Shown one piece after another: positions 56,769 through 64,000 of a stretch of 64,000 nt of DNA. Origin of the DNA: a virus. The first letter of the stretch is position 1, and each line of letters opens with the position of its first letter. The position numbers and the translations under genes were made by a program. Where the stretch lies: IMG/VR virus record IMGVR_UViG_3300037296_000220, positions 1 through 64,000 of that record; one strand, given 5' to 3'. Below the pieces are notes generated by a model, which saw nothing but the letters and a program-made list of their open reading frames with translations, was not told the origin of the DNA and ran no database searches.

Positions 56769-57739
56769 GCGATGCATTTTCATCCGGCCCTCTGGGCACT
56801 CAGGCTTTTGCCAAGAAAGAGAAGAAAGAGGCTCCGAAGCCTGAAGGGACCAAGCCAGTGCAAAAGGTTCAAAAGCCGTCCGATCGAACCCCCAACAACC
56901 CTACTAAGGCCCCAGTATCTACTCAAAAAGGGTCCGTTAATGGAACGCTGCTGAAGGTCGACCCCGACAAGTTGAGCGTCTGGCGCTACGCTGATCGCCC
57001 TATCGAGGAAATGGGTGACCTGGCAGAGCTTGCCTCCAACATTCGCACCGTCGGTCAGATAGCTCCGGTCGTCGCTCGCCCATTAGGCTCAGGGAAATAC
57101 GAACTCGTTGCCGGGCGCCGCAGATACGAAGCCTGCAAACTTGCAGGTATTGAAGTCCTTGTTCTATCACGCGAACTTTCCGATGTGGAAGCCCTGGCTA
57201 TTCAGGATTCGGAGAATGATTCACGGGACTCTATCAGCCCTGCTGCAAAAGGTATTCACTATCGTCGACTTCTTGATGATGGGGTTTTTAACTCAGTCAA
57301 CCAGATGGCTATTCGTTTTGAGAAAAACAGAACCTCTTTGATAGAGCTGCTGAGGTTCGCAGATATCCCAAAAGACCTACGTGACGCTATTGGTGACCTC
57401 TCTCAAATGTCCCAACGCATGGCTAGGTTTCTGGTTCCGTTCTGTGAATCCCATAAAAACCACCTAGAATTACTAACGCCATTCGTAGACGACCTGAGAG
57501 CAGGCAAAGCTACACCAAGAATGATTGAAGATTCAATTAACCTCCCTGGTGTCTCACTTGATGAAGGAAACACTCAGATAAAAGGCAAAAACGGTGAGGC
57601 GTACTTCACGCTGAATAGAACAAAGCAGGGAGGCCTTTCGATCAATGTGCTGAAGTCTGGTAGGAGAATCTTTAATCAGGAGGTGCTTGTGAAGGCTCTG
57701 GAAGGTTTTATCGAAGACCAGATCAAAGACAGAACCTGA
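56765..57739 (+). CDS. parB: Plasmid partition protein ParB
   Basis: GQIAPVVAR, VAGRRRYEA, EN..R and HTH. Confidence 0.92.
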   Translation: MSDAFSSGPLGTQAFAKKEKKEAPKPEGTKPVQKVQKPSDRTPNNPTKAPVSTQKGSVNGTLLKVDPDKLSVWRYADRPIEEMGDLAELASNIRTVGQIAPVVARPLGSGKYELVAGRRRYEACKLAGIEVLVLSRELSDVEALAIQDSENDSRDSISPAAKGIHYRRLLDDGVFNSVNQMAIRFEKNRTSLIELLRFADIPKDLRDAIGDLSQMSQRMARFLVPFCESHKNHLELLTPFVDDLRAGKATPRMIEDSINLPGVSLDEGNTQIKGKNGEAYFTLNRTKQGGLSINVLKSGRRIFNQEVLVKALEGFIEDQIKDRT

Positions 57740-57742
57740 TTG

Positions 57743-57801
57743 ACCTGTTGGCGCGCCAACACTGGGTTTATATACAGTGTTGGCGGCTTTGGGTGCCAAC
57801 A
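57743..57801. other. Candidate parS centromere
   Basis: Perfect palindrome TGTTGGCGCGCCAACA at 57746-57761, identical copy at 55928-55943, split copy at 57778-57801. Confidence 0.7.
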
Positions 57802-58000
57802 GGGTTAAATTTTCGGAGCGGCGCAAGACGAAGTGGGATAACGGTATAACTACCTAGGCTAAGTCGATGTTGGGCAGAATGTCGATTCGGATAAGCTGCT
57901 GAGTGCGTCTGAGTGATCGCAGAACGAACGGGGAGGGGTAGAGTAGGGCGAGTGTACTGCCCTTGAAGCTGCGTCGCTCACAAGGGCTTACAGAGAGTCT

Positions 58001-58495
58001 TTAGTGAGTGGCTTCAAACGCCAAATCGACTGCTGATTGGTGGACATAAATCATGTCCCGAACGTCGAAGTAAGGCATCTGAATGCCGCGACGGTATTTT
58101 TTGTAGTACCCATAGACTCGCTTACCCAAACCGGGCGCCAACGCTGAGTCGCAGATATTGTAGATCGTCCCATCGGCATGCGCCAGGATCACTATGCAAT
58201 CCAAACCCACGTTCAAAAGTTCTTCTTCCAGCTCAGGCGTTTCCGCGAAATCTTCAATACGATAGTCGAACCGGGTAGTGCGACCTGACAGTTCTTCCCT
58301 TAGATTTAGAAAGCCGCCGTCGGTGTCGAGTGTTGCCTGGATGGTCAATTCCCCAGCTTCCCGACGCTGACCTGACAGGTGGTCCTGCACAATGATGATC
58401 GGATGGCCTGAGTTGAACAGGAACAGAAAGCCGTTCGGATCGAAGGGTAGCTTCTGGCCAATGTCGAATGTGGTTTCTTTCATGATGATTCTCAT
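58001..58495 (-). CDS. Hypothetical protein
   Basis: Stand-alone ORF. Confidence 0.6.
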   Translation of the reverse strand: MRIIMKETTFDIGQKLPFDPNGFLFLFNSGHPIIIVQDHLSGQRREAGELTIQATLDTDGGFLNLREELSGRTTRFDYRIEDFAETPELEEELLNVGLDCIVILAHADGTIYNICDSALAPGLGKRVYGYYKKYRRGIQMPYFDVRDMIYVHQSAVDLAFEATH

Positions 58496-58562
58496 ATTTG
58501 TCTGTTGTGGGTAGTGTCTCAGATTGCTGCATTAAAACAATACGGCAAACGGGACTACCTAC

Positions 58563-59177
58563 TCATAGCCAGGACTCAAGCAAAGTATGCTGGTCTTCAG
58601 TCAGTTCATCGAGCAGTTGGCCCACCTGGTCGACATAAGGCTGAAAGTCCTGGTGCGTTAACGTCTCAACCTTTTTATCCACCTGGGGCAGTGCGGCCGG
58701 CTGTTCATCCTTCAGGCGCCAGAATAGAAGAGGGCACTTGAAGTGGGGGACCGACTTCTTGATCAGCACGAAGCCCAGTTTGGTCTTGTAAGTCATGGTC
58801 GCTTCGCTGCGGGACAAAGTCAGCACCTGGTTCATTGGGATGCGTTCGATGGCACAGTAGAGTAGGGCGCGTGCCTCAATTACATCGAGCTGTTTCAGCA
58901 GTTCAACCAATTGAAAGGTGGTGACGCGATGACGATTGAGCCGGGGCTTCAGGATGGTAGCTTGCTGCATCTTGCCAAACAGAAAGGCGCGATCCAGTTC
59001 TTCCATTAGAGAATGAAAGGCGGTCTCAGTATCTGGGCGTCCGATGTGGTTTTCGAGCGTCTGAGTGCCCATCAACAGTATGATGGGCGTCAGTTGCTCC
59101 AGGTCTTTGTTCCAAATGGGCGTTTGTTGGTAAGCTGCAGCGGGGTAATCCGCTGCGATTAGATCCGATAGTTTCAT
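58563..59177 (-). CDS. Hypothetical protein
   Basis: AGGAGG RBS. Confidence 0.7.
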   Translation of the reverse strand: MKLSDLIAADYPAAAYQQTPIWNKDLEQLTPIILLMGTQTLENHIGRPDTETAFHSLMEELDRAFLFGKMQQATILKPRLNRHRVTTFQLVELLKQLDVIEARALLYCAIERIPMNQVLTLSRSEATMTYKTKLGFVLIKKSVPHFKCPLLFWRLKDEQPAALPQVDKKVETLTHQDFQPYVDQVGQLLDELTEDQHTLLESWL

Positions 59178-59219
59178 AAACCCTCCTTTTTGAGCAGGAG
59201 CTTATGCTATCTAGGAGGT

Positions 59220-59903
59220 TCAGTCCAATGGAACAATGCCTACGTCGAGCAAATGGTCGTAACCCAGGGCGGCGCCTTCCTTCCTGTAAATGTGTTCGCT
59301 ACCTGGTGGGACTTCAGAACTGAAGTGGTAGATCCGATTGTCGGCCCCCGTGTGTGACACGATGGGGCGGTCATCACTCGCTGTGCCCAAATGCCAACTG
59401 TACGCGAACTCCCCCTCTTGCTTAATGGCCTCCAGCAGCCGCACCGTGTCTGCTTTGGGCAGTTCGAGGGTTCGTTCACCAATCTCAATGAGTCGATCAG
59501 CCAGACGCTGCACGATCGTGTCCGGTGTCGTTCTCATGTAGATTGCGCGCCACTCAAACTTGCCCCGTCGCGCTTGCTCGATCCAGTTGTTGACCCCGGC
59601 CAGATTCAAGGCCATCACCGGCAGCTTGTTCTGCTTCCAGATTTCATGAATCTGGTCCCAGGTGACGCCATAGCTGTAGCCGTTGTGATCGTCTTCCTCC
59701 GCAAGCTGACCGGTGCGACGCATCAGATCGAAGGTGGCCTGGTCAACGAACAGGTGTTCATCGTCACTCTCGCTCCGTTTGGGTCGAGTGGTGAGCGACT
59801 GCACCTTCGCCATGTCGTTAGGCCAGGCTTCGACCAGAATGTTGATCAGCGTAGACTTGCCGGACCCCGAAGGGCCGGCAACCATGAGAATGGCTTTGAT
59901 CAT
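59220..59903 (-). CDS. Guanylate kinase-like protein
   Basis: GPSGSGKST, TTRPKR and NGYSYG motifs. Confidence 0.85.
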   Translation of the reverse strand: MIKAILMVAGPSGSGKSTLINILVEAWPNDMAKVQSLTTRPKRSESDDEHLFVDQATFDLMRRTGQLAEEDDHNGYSYGVTWDQIHEIWKQNKLPVMALNLAGVNNWIEQARRGKFEWRAIYMRTTPDTIVQRLADRLIEIGERTLELPKADTVRLLEAIKQEGEFAYSWHLGTASDDRPIVSHTGADNRIYHFSSEVPPGSEHIYRKEGAALGYDHLLDVGIVPLD

Positions 59904-61255
59904 ACGCCCACTCCATCTTCAGGACGTTTCTCGTCTACGGCATAGGGGCCTGAGCGAAAGCGGCTGAAACGGGGGTGACGCAAACTGCCATCAGGGGTCT
60001 CTTCATGAAATTCGACCTCAATCAGCCAACCTTTGCATCCATCCGGGTCACCTAGATTGAAATAGCCGCGTATCTGATCGGTTAAGCCAGAGACTTTGAC
60101 AGCAACCCCTTTGTAATCGACAACGACTGCGCCGACCAGGCCCACGTTTTTACCGGTGCCCTCCTCAAGGCCAATGATGGGCACGTCCACCGTCTGGCGG
60201 TCTTTAATCTTCAACCAGTCAGTTGTGCGTTTATTGTGCCACTTGCCAGCCAAAGGCTTGATGATCACCCCTTCACCACCGCGATTGCGAACAGACTGGT
60301 AGATGCCTTCAATCTCAGCCGGGTTGCTGCACAGGTAGCGCTGAGCTACTGAGATATTGGCACAGGCGGTGGGCGCTTTCGGATCGAACAGGCCTTGCAG
60401 GCGTTTGCGACGCTGAACGTAATCTCCTTTGGTGGCGCCAGCTTTCATTTCAGCTTCGGTGATGATGTCGAACGCCTGGAAGAACACCTTGTCGGTGGAG
60501 TCCTTGCGATGCACAGCGCCCACTACCGTATTGAAGTTGTCGGAGGTCAGTTCGCCATCGAGGTAGAAGGATGAATTGAAGGTGTGACCCTTCAACTGCT
60601 CGATCACTTCAGTACCGGCGTTCAACGGCTTGCCGGTACGACTGTAGAAAATGGCATCAACGTCAGGCTGAATGTGAATCAGACAGCGCACACCGTCGAA
60701 CTTCTCTTCAACTGCTACGGGGTATCCCTTGATCTTGTGGCCGTGTTTCTCATACGACTGAGCAAGCTGCACCGTGAAGTCGTCAAACAGCCCTGGGAAC
60801 GCTTTGAGCGTCGATGAACGGTTGACCCCGATGCGCAGGTCGCGAGACAGAACCCGGCGCACTACGTCCCAGATCGGCTTTGACTCCTGATACTGAGTGA
60901 GTGACACAGCCAGTGTCTTGACGGCCATTGTAGCGGCGCCACCGGTCAGGCGACGTTCTTCAAGGTGACCAAGCAGCTCCAGAATTTCGTCCGCTTCCAG
61001 ATCCGGGTCCGGGTCCACGTCAACCAGGTCGGCTTCAGACCATTCAAGCTGACGGATGTAGTAGTTGCGAAAGGGGTTGTACGTCAGGTCAAAGACGATC
61101 CGCAACAGATCGTCTTCCTGATGCTGGCTCAGCAGCGCGACCTTCTGTTTGCCTGTGGCTTCAGCCACCTGGTCGAGTATCGCGTGAACACGCTTCCAGT
61201 CGGAAAAGCCAAAGGTGAGAGCCAGGCTTATAGGTGCAGTTTCTTGTACGGTCAT
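59900..61255 (-). CDS. ATP-dependent DNA ligase
   Basis: EEKFDGVR, LDGEL, EGVIIK, WLKIK and SLRHPRF motifs. Confidence 0.95.
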   Translation of the reverse strand: MTVQETAPISLALTFGFSDWKRVHAILDQVAEATGKQKVALLSQHQEDDLLRIVFDLTYNPFRNYYIRQLEWSEADLVDVDPDPDLEADEILELLGHLEERRLTGGAATMAVKTLAVSLTQYQESKPIWDVVRRVLSRDLRIGVNRSSTLKAFPGLFDDFTVQLAQSYEKHGHKIKGYPVAVEEKFDGVRCLIHIQPDVDAIFYSRTGKPLNAGTEVIEQLKGHTFNSSFYLDGELTSDNFNTVVGAVHRKDSTDKVFFQAFDIITEAEMKAGATKGDYVQRRKRLQGLFDPKAPTACANISVAQRYLCSNPAEIEGIYQSVRNRGGEGVIIKPLAGKWHNKRTTDWLKIKDRQTVDVPIIGLEEGTGKNVGLVGAVVVDYKGVAVKVSGLTDQIRGYFNLGDPDGCKGWLIEVEFHEETPDGSLRHPRFSRFRSGPYAVDEKRPEDGVGV

Positions 61256-61264
61256 GAGTGATTC

Positions 61265-61750
61265 CTACAGTTGGGTAGCTTCAATGATTTGAGCCGGGTT
61301 GAATTGAGTCAGTTCTGACTTCTTGTCAGTCTTGGTTGTTTGTTTGTTTTGAGTGGGTTTAGTCGGCTTAGAGCCGCTGATGAACGGCTTGGCATTCCAG
61401 CCACGCTGATACCCTTCGGACTGGGTGTCGACGTTGCGACGGTCCTCTTCCAAACGTTTGTCTTCCAGGGTAGGTCGGGCCTGAGCTTCGACATGCACAT
61501 AGGGCACATAGTAGAGAGCCTTGCCCGCTTTTTTCTCTTCCCGAAGCATGCCTATGGCAGGGCATGACCGGTCTTTGATGCAGCCCTGGCAATCCTTAAA
61601 GCGATCCGGGCCCAGCAAAGTCTCTCCGTTGACGGTTTTGCGCAGGCTGAGGCTGATTACATTCAGGCAGACTGCATAGGCGGCGCCCGGTCGTTTGGTT
61701 GGTTCGCAGTTGATGCGGTGTGTGTTGTCCGCGCTTTTACTTAGGTGCAT
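61265..61750 (-). CDS. Hypothetical Cys-containing protein
   Basis: TGATG coupling; YAVC...C..CI...CPA pattern. Confidence 0.7.
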   Translation of the reverse strand: MHLSKSADNTHRINCEPTKRPGAAYAVCLNVISLSLRKTVNGETLLGPDRFKDCQGCIKDRSCPAIGMLREEKKAGKALYYVPYVHVEAQARPTLEDKRLEEDRRNVDTQSEGYQRGWNAKPFISGSKPTKPTQNKQTTKTDKKSELTQFNPAQIIEATQL

Positions 61751-62283
61751 CAGAAAATCCCCCAGTTGTTATAGGTTGGTTGTGGTGTGACTTCCCCTGG
61801 CAACTTTCGCTTGGGTGCGGTCGGTTGGATGTAGCATTCGCTAATTACTTTTATAAAATTCACCTTGTAGCGGGATGGCAACTCGTAAGAATGCTTAGTG
61901 GCAAAAGCCTTACCAAACATAGAGAGTTCACTCAGGCCATCGCCGCGCCATTTATTGGAAGTATCTTTCTCATGAGGTATAGCCAGATGAAGAACCCTCC
62001 AGGCCCAGTCTATAAATGACGACTCTTCTACCTTACGAGTTGCCACCGGTGATTCATTAAAGCCGTAACGAGTAGCCAAATTGCGACGCAGCGTAAACAG
62101 GTCATGGGGCATGTCTCTGCGACCCACGCCAATCAGCTCAGTTATGCCGTCCTCGCGTCTAAGTAGTTCCATGTAAAAGGACTCCTTGACACCTGGCTCT
62201 GCGTTCAGTTTCTCACCTGCGGCCTGAACATAGCGAAATCCCCCTTTTTGAAACACGCAGTAGTTGCCCGAGTACAGAGCCAT
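61750..62283 (-). CDS. Hypothetical protein ending WGIF
   Basis: TGATG coupling. Confidence 0.65.
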   Translation of the reverse strand: MALYSGNYCVFQKGGFRYVQAAGEKLNAEPGVKESFYMELLRREDGITELIGVGRRDMPHDLFTLRRNLATRYGFNESPVATRKVEESSFIDWAWRVLHLAIPHEKDTSNKWRGDGLSELSMFGKAFATKHSYELPSRYKVNFIKVISECYIQPTAPKRKLPGEVTPQPTYNNWGIF

Positions 62284-62774
62284 CAGAACATACCCCAGTC
62301 GCTGTATTTTTCCGAAGGCCGTTTGGGTATCGGGTCGTTGTTGACGATGAATCCTTCAGGTGGTTCAACGCTATCGTCTTGGTGGAAGGCGCCATTCCCT
62401 AAAATGACACCATTGCGAAACTGTTGTTCAACCTTTCTAAGGATGTCGTCGCTCGCGGCAAATCTTGTGGTATTGAACAGAAGCGCGTTCACCACTGGCC
62501 TAATGTCAGTATCGAAAACGTTGTCAGTATCGACAATGTGATAGCCCTTTTTCCGCTTTTTCTCGATGATTCTTTCAGCTTCAGCCAGGTTGTCCAAATT
62601 CCAGGCGGCAACTATTCGCTGAGTTACGGGCGACTTGCCATTGCGACCAGAGAAACAAACGCTCAACGACTTGTCTTTGCCCTCCATCGTGATGTTGGTC
62701 ACGACGTAATACTTGTCAGAGCTACCTTCGGTGCAATTTAGCAAAGTGCTATGTGCCTGAATCTTCTTGGTCAT
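62283..62774 (-). CDS. WGR-like domain protein ending WGMF
   Basis: GSSDKYY...GRNG...KKRKKGY pattern. Confidence 0.72.
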   Translation of the reverse strand: MTKKIQAHSTLLNCTEGSSDKYYVVTNITMEGKDKSLSVCFSGRNGKSPVTQRIVAAWNLDNLAEAERIIEKKRKKGYHIVDTDNVFDTDIRPVVNALLFNTTRFAASDDILRKVEQQFRNGVILGNGAFHQDDSVEPPEGFIVNNDPIPKRPSEKYSDWGMF

Positions 62775-62844
62775 GATGTTCTCGCTTTCTTAAGTCTATG
62801 TTACATATTTTACGCTAAACGTTCTGAATGTCACTGAAGGGACG

Positions 62845-63939
62845 CTATCTACCGCGCCCTGACCGCATCAGTTTGTCGCGCAGATTTGAGGCTTTGGTGG
62901 CACTGCGCGCCCCATCGTAAGCGGCCTGTATCTGAGCAGCGGTGGCATCACCCGGGTCGGTCCCTGGTGGTAAAGTCGCACTCTGCACTTCAATGCCTAC
63001 TCGGGAGCGGATCAGTAGCGCCATTTCATTCATCTGGATCTGGGTCTTCTCGTCGCTGTCCCACATCATCACCAGTTTGCGGAGACCCAGGGCCTTGAGT
63101 TGAATCAATACCCCAAGCTGATCGTTGTCTTCCCGGGTCTCGTTGCCTGATAAGTGCTTGCCGAAAGAGGCCACTGCCTTAATCTCAGTGCGGCTCGCAA
63201 CACCCAGCCAGTCGGTCGCGCCCTCAACTAGGGCAATCTCGGGCTCTCCCACAATCCGATCGGCGTTGTAGAGGTAGCGGCCTGAACCCGAGAGTCCCGG
63301 CGGGAAGCGGTAACGTTCACCCTCTGCAACCTCGCCGCTGATGTCCCGGCCCTGGAAGGTCATCAACTTGCCCTCCAGGTTCCGCACCGGTATCACGATG
63401 CGCTGGCTGTAGTCCTGGTACATGTCCCGCTTGTGAAACTGATAGTCGTAACCCCCGTTCTCGCAGTAATACCAGCCCGCATCGTGGGCAACGCGCAAGT
63501 CATAGCCGCGACTGACCAGGTACTGAGCCGCCCCGTAGTGCGTCAGTATCGAGACACCTTCGGGCAGTGCGACTTCGTCATCCTGGTAGCCCAGCTCTTT
63601 CTTCTTGGCGAGTTGGTCGCCGTAAATCAGAGCCAGGTCTTTAAGCTCATGGAAGAAACTGCTGGTCCGCTTGCCGTCTTTACCCAAGTGGTTGAACGCA
63701 AAGGAGAATTTGTTGAAACCAGGCTCGCCCTGGCAAGAGCCGTGAAAGCAGTTGCCCAGACCGGTTTCGGCGTTTAGATACACCTTGCCCCAACCCTCGC
63801 CGCCGCAACGTGGGCATCGAAATACCTGGAGCTGAACCCCTTTGGAGCCCAGCGATTCGCGGTAGTCGACACCCAGCTCTGCCAAGATCGTCTCGGGCGG
63901 CAAGGTGTCGAGCAGGCGAGTGAGTTGGCCGTCGCGCAT
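62845..63939 (-). CDS. DNA primase (Zn finger + Toprim)
   Basis: CPRC...CF...C, RIVIP...FQGR, VEG.TD, WDSD and DPGD motifs. Confidence 0.9.
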   Translation of the reverse strand: MRDGQLTRLLDTLPPETILAELGVDYRESLGSKGVQLQVFRCPRCGGEGWGKVYLNAETGLGNCFHGSCQGEPGFNKFSFAFNHLGKDGKRTSSFFHELKDLALIYGDQLAKKKELGYQDDEVALPEGVSILTHYGAAQYLVSRGYDLRVAHDAGWYYCENGGYDYQFHKRDMYQDYSQRIVIPVRNLEGKLMTFQGRDISGEVAEGERYRFPPGLSGSGRYLYNADRIVGEPEIALVEGATDWLGVASRTEIKAVASFGKHLSGNETREDNDQLGVLIQLKALGLRKLVMMWDSDEKTQIQMNEMALLIRSRVGIEVQSATLPPGTDPGDATAAQIQAAYDGARSATKASNLRDKLMRSGRGR

Positions 63940-64000
63940 CAGTTGATGGCCAGAATTTGTTCGATGAAGTTCATGGACTCGATGTTCTGCTTGATCGTGA
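63939..64000 (-). CDS. 3' end of the upstream gene, probably a replicative helicase
   Basis: Open frame ...TIKQNIESMNFIEQILAIN* TGATG-coupled to primase; function inferred from context only. Confidence 0.45.
   Translation of the reverse strand, partial: TIKQNIESMNFIEQILAIN

Larger units (their letters stand above)
1..64000. mobile_element. Phage-plasmid (SSU5/pHCM2-like gene content), replication/early-gene half
   Basis: repA+iterons, parAB, TA and resolvase co-occur with phage-type dnaE, primase, ligase, SSB, recA, sbcCD, nrdAB, thyA, cobS/cobT-like genes and dense small ORFs. Confidence 0.8.

Overview
This window is about 64 kb of a large phage-plasmid. Its gene content resembles the SSU5/pHCM2 type, and the host is probably a gammaproteobacterium (inference). 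No virion structural genes lie in the window. Plasmid maintenance is covered by repA with an iteron origin, mazEF, a serine resolvase with a res site, and parAB with a 16-bp parS-like palindrome. The phage-type replication, recombination and nucleotide-metabolism set includes dnaE, primase, ligase, a gp32-like SSB, recA, sbcCD, ruvC-like, 5'-3' and 3'-5' exonucleases, nrdAB, glutaredoxin, thyA, DHFR, kinases and a CobS/CobT-like AAA+/VWA pair. A long run of small hypothetical genes spans 10-31 kb. The most unusual part is 12.4-17.9 kb. A ~1 kb island there is almost free of CC/GG dinucleotides and encodes two divergent Gly/Pro/Trp-free proteins behind sigma70-type promoters. It is bordered by a 43-bp Fur-box-centred palindrome on one side. 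On the other side are helically phased CCNNGG arrays and a ~185-240 nt structured non-coding RNA. Three dispersed cis-motif families are readable from the sequence: a CTATGTnACATAG operator, CCACAG-N23-(-10) promoters, and an asymmetric CACACAAACAACTAAGTGAG element. A C-terminal [WFY]G-x-[WF] tag is shared by six otherwise dissimilar proteins. Family calls come from motif recognition by eye, not from database searches.
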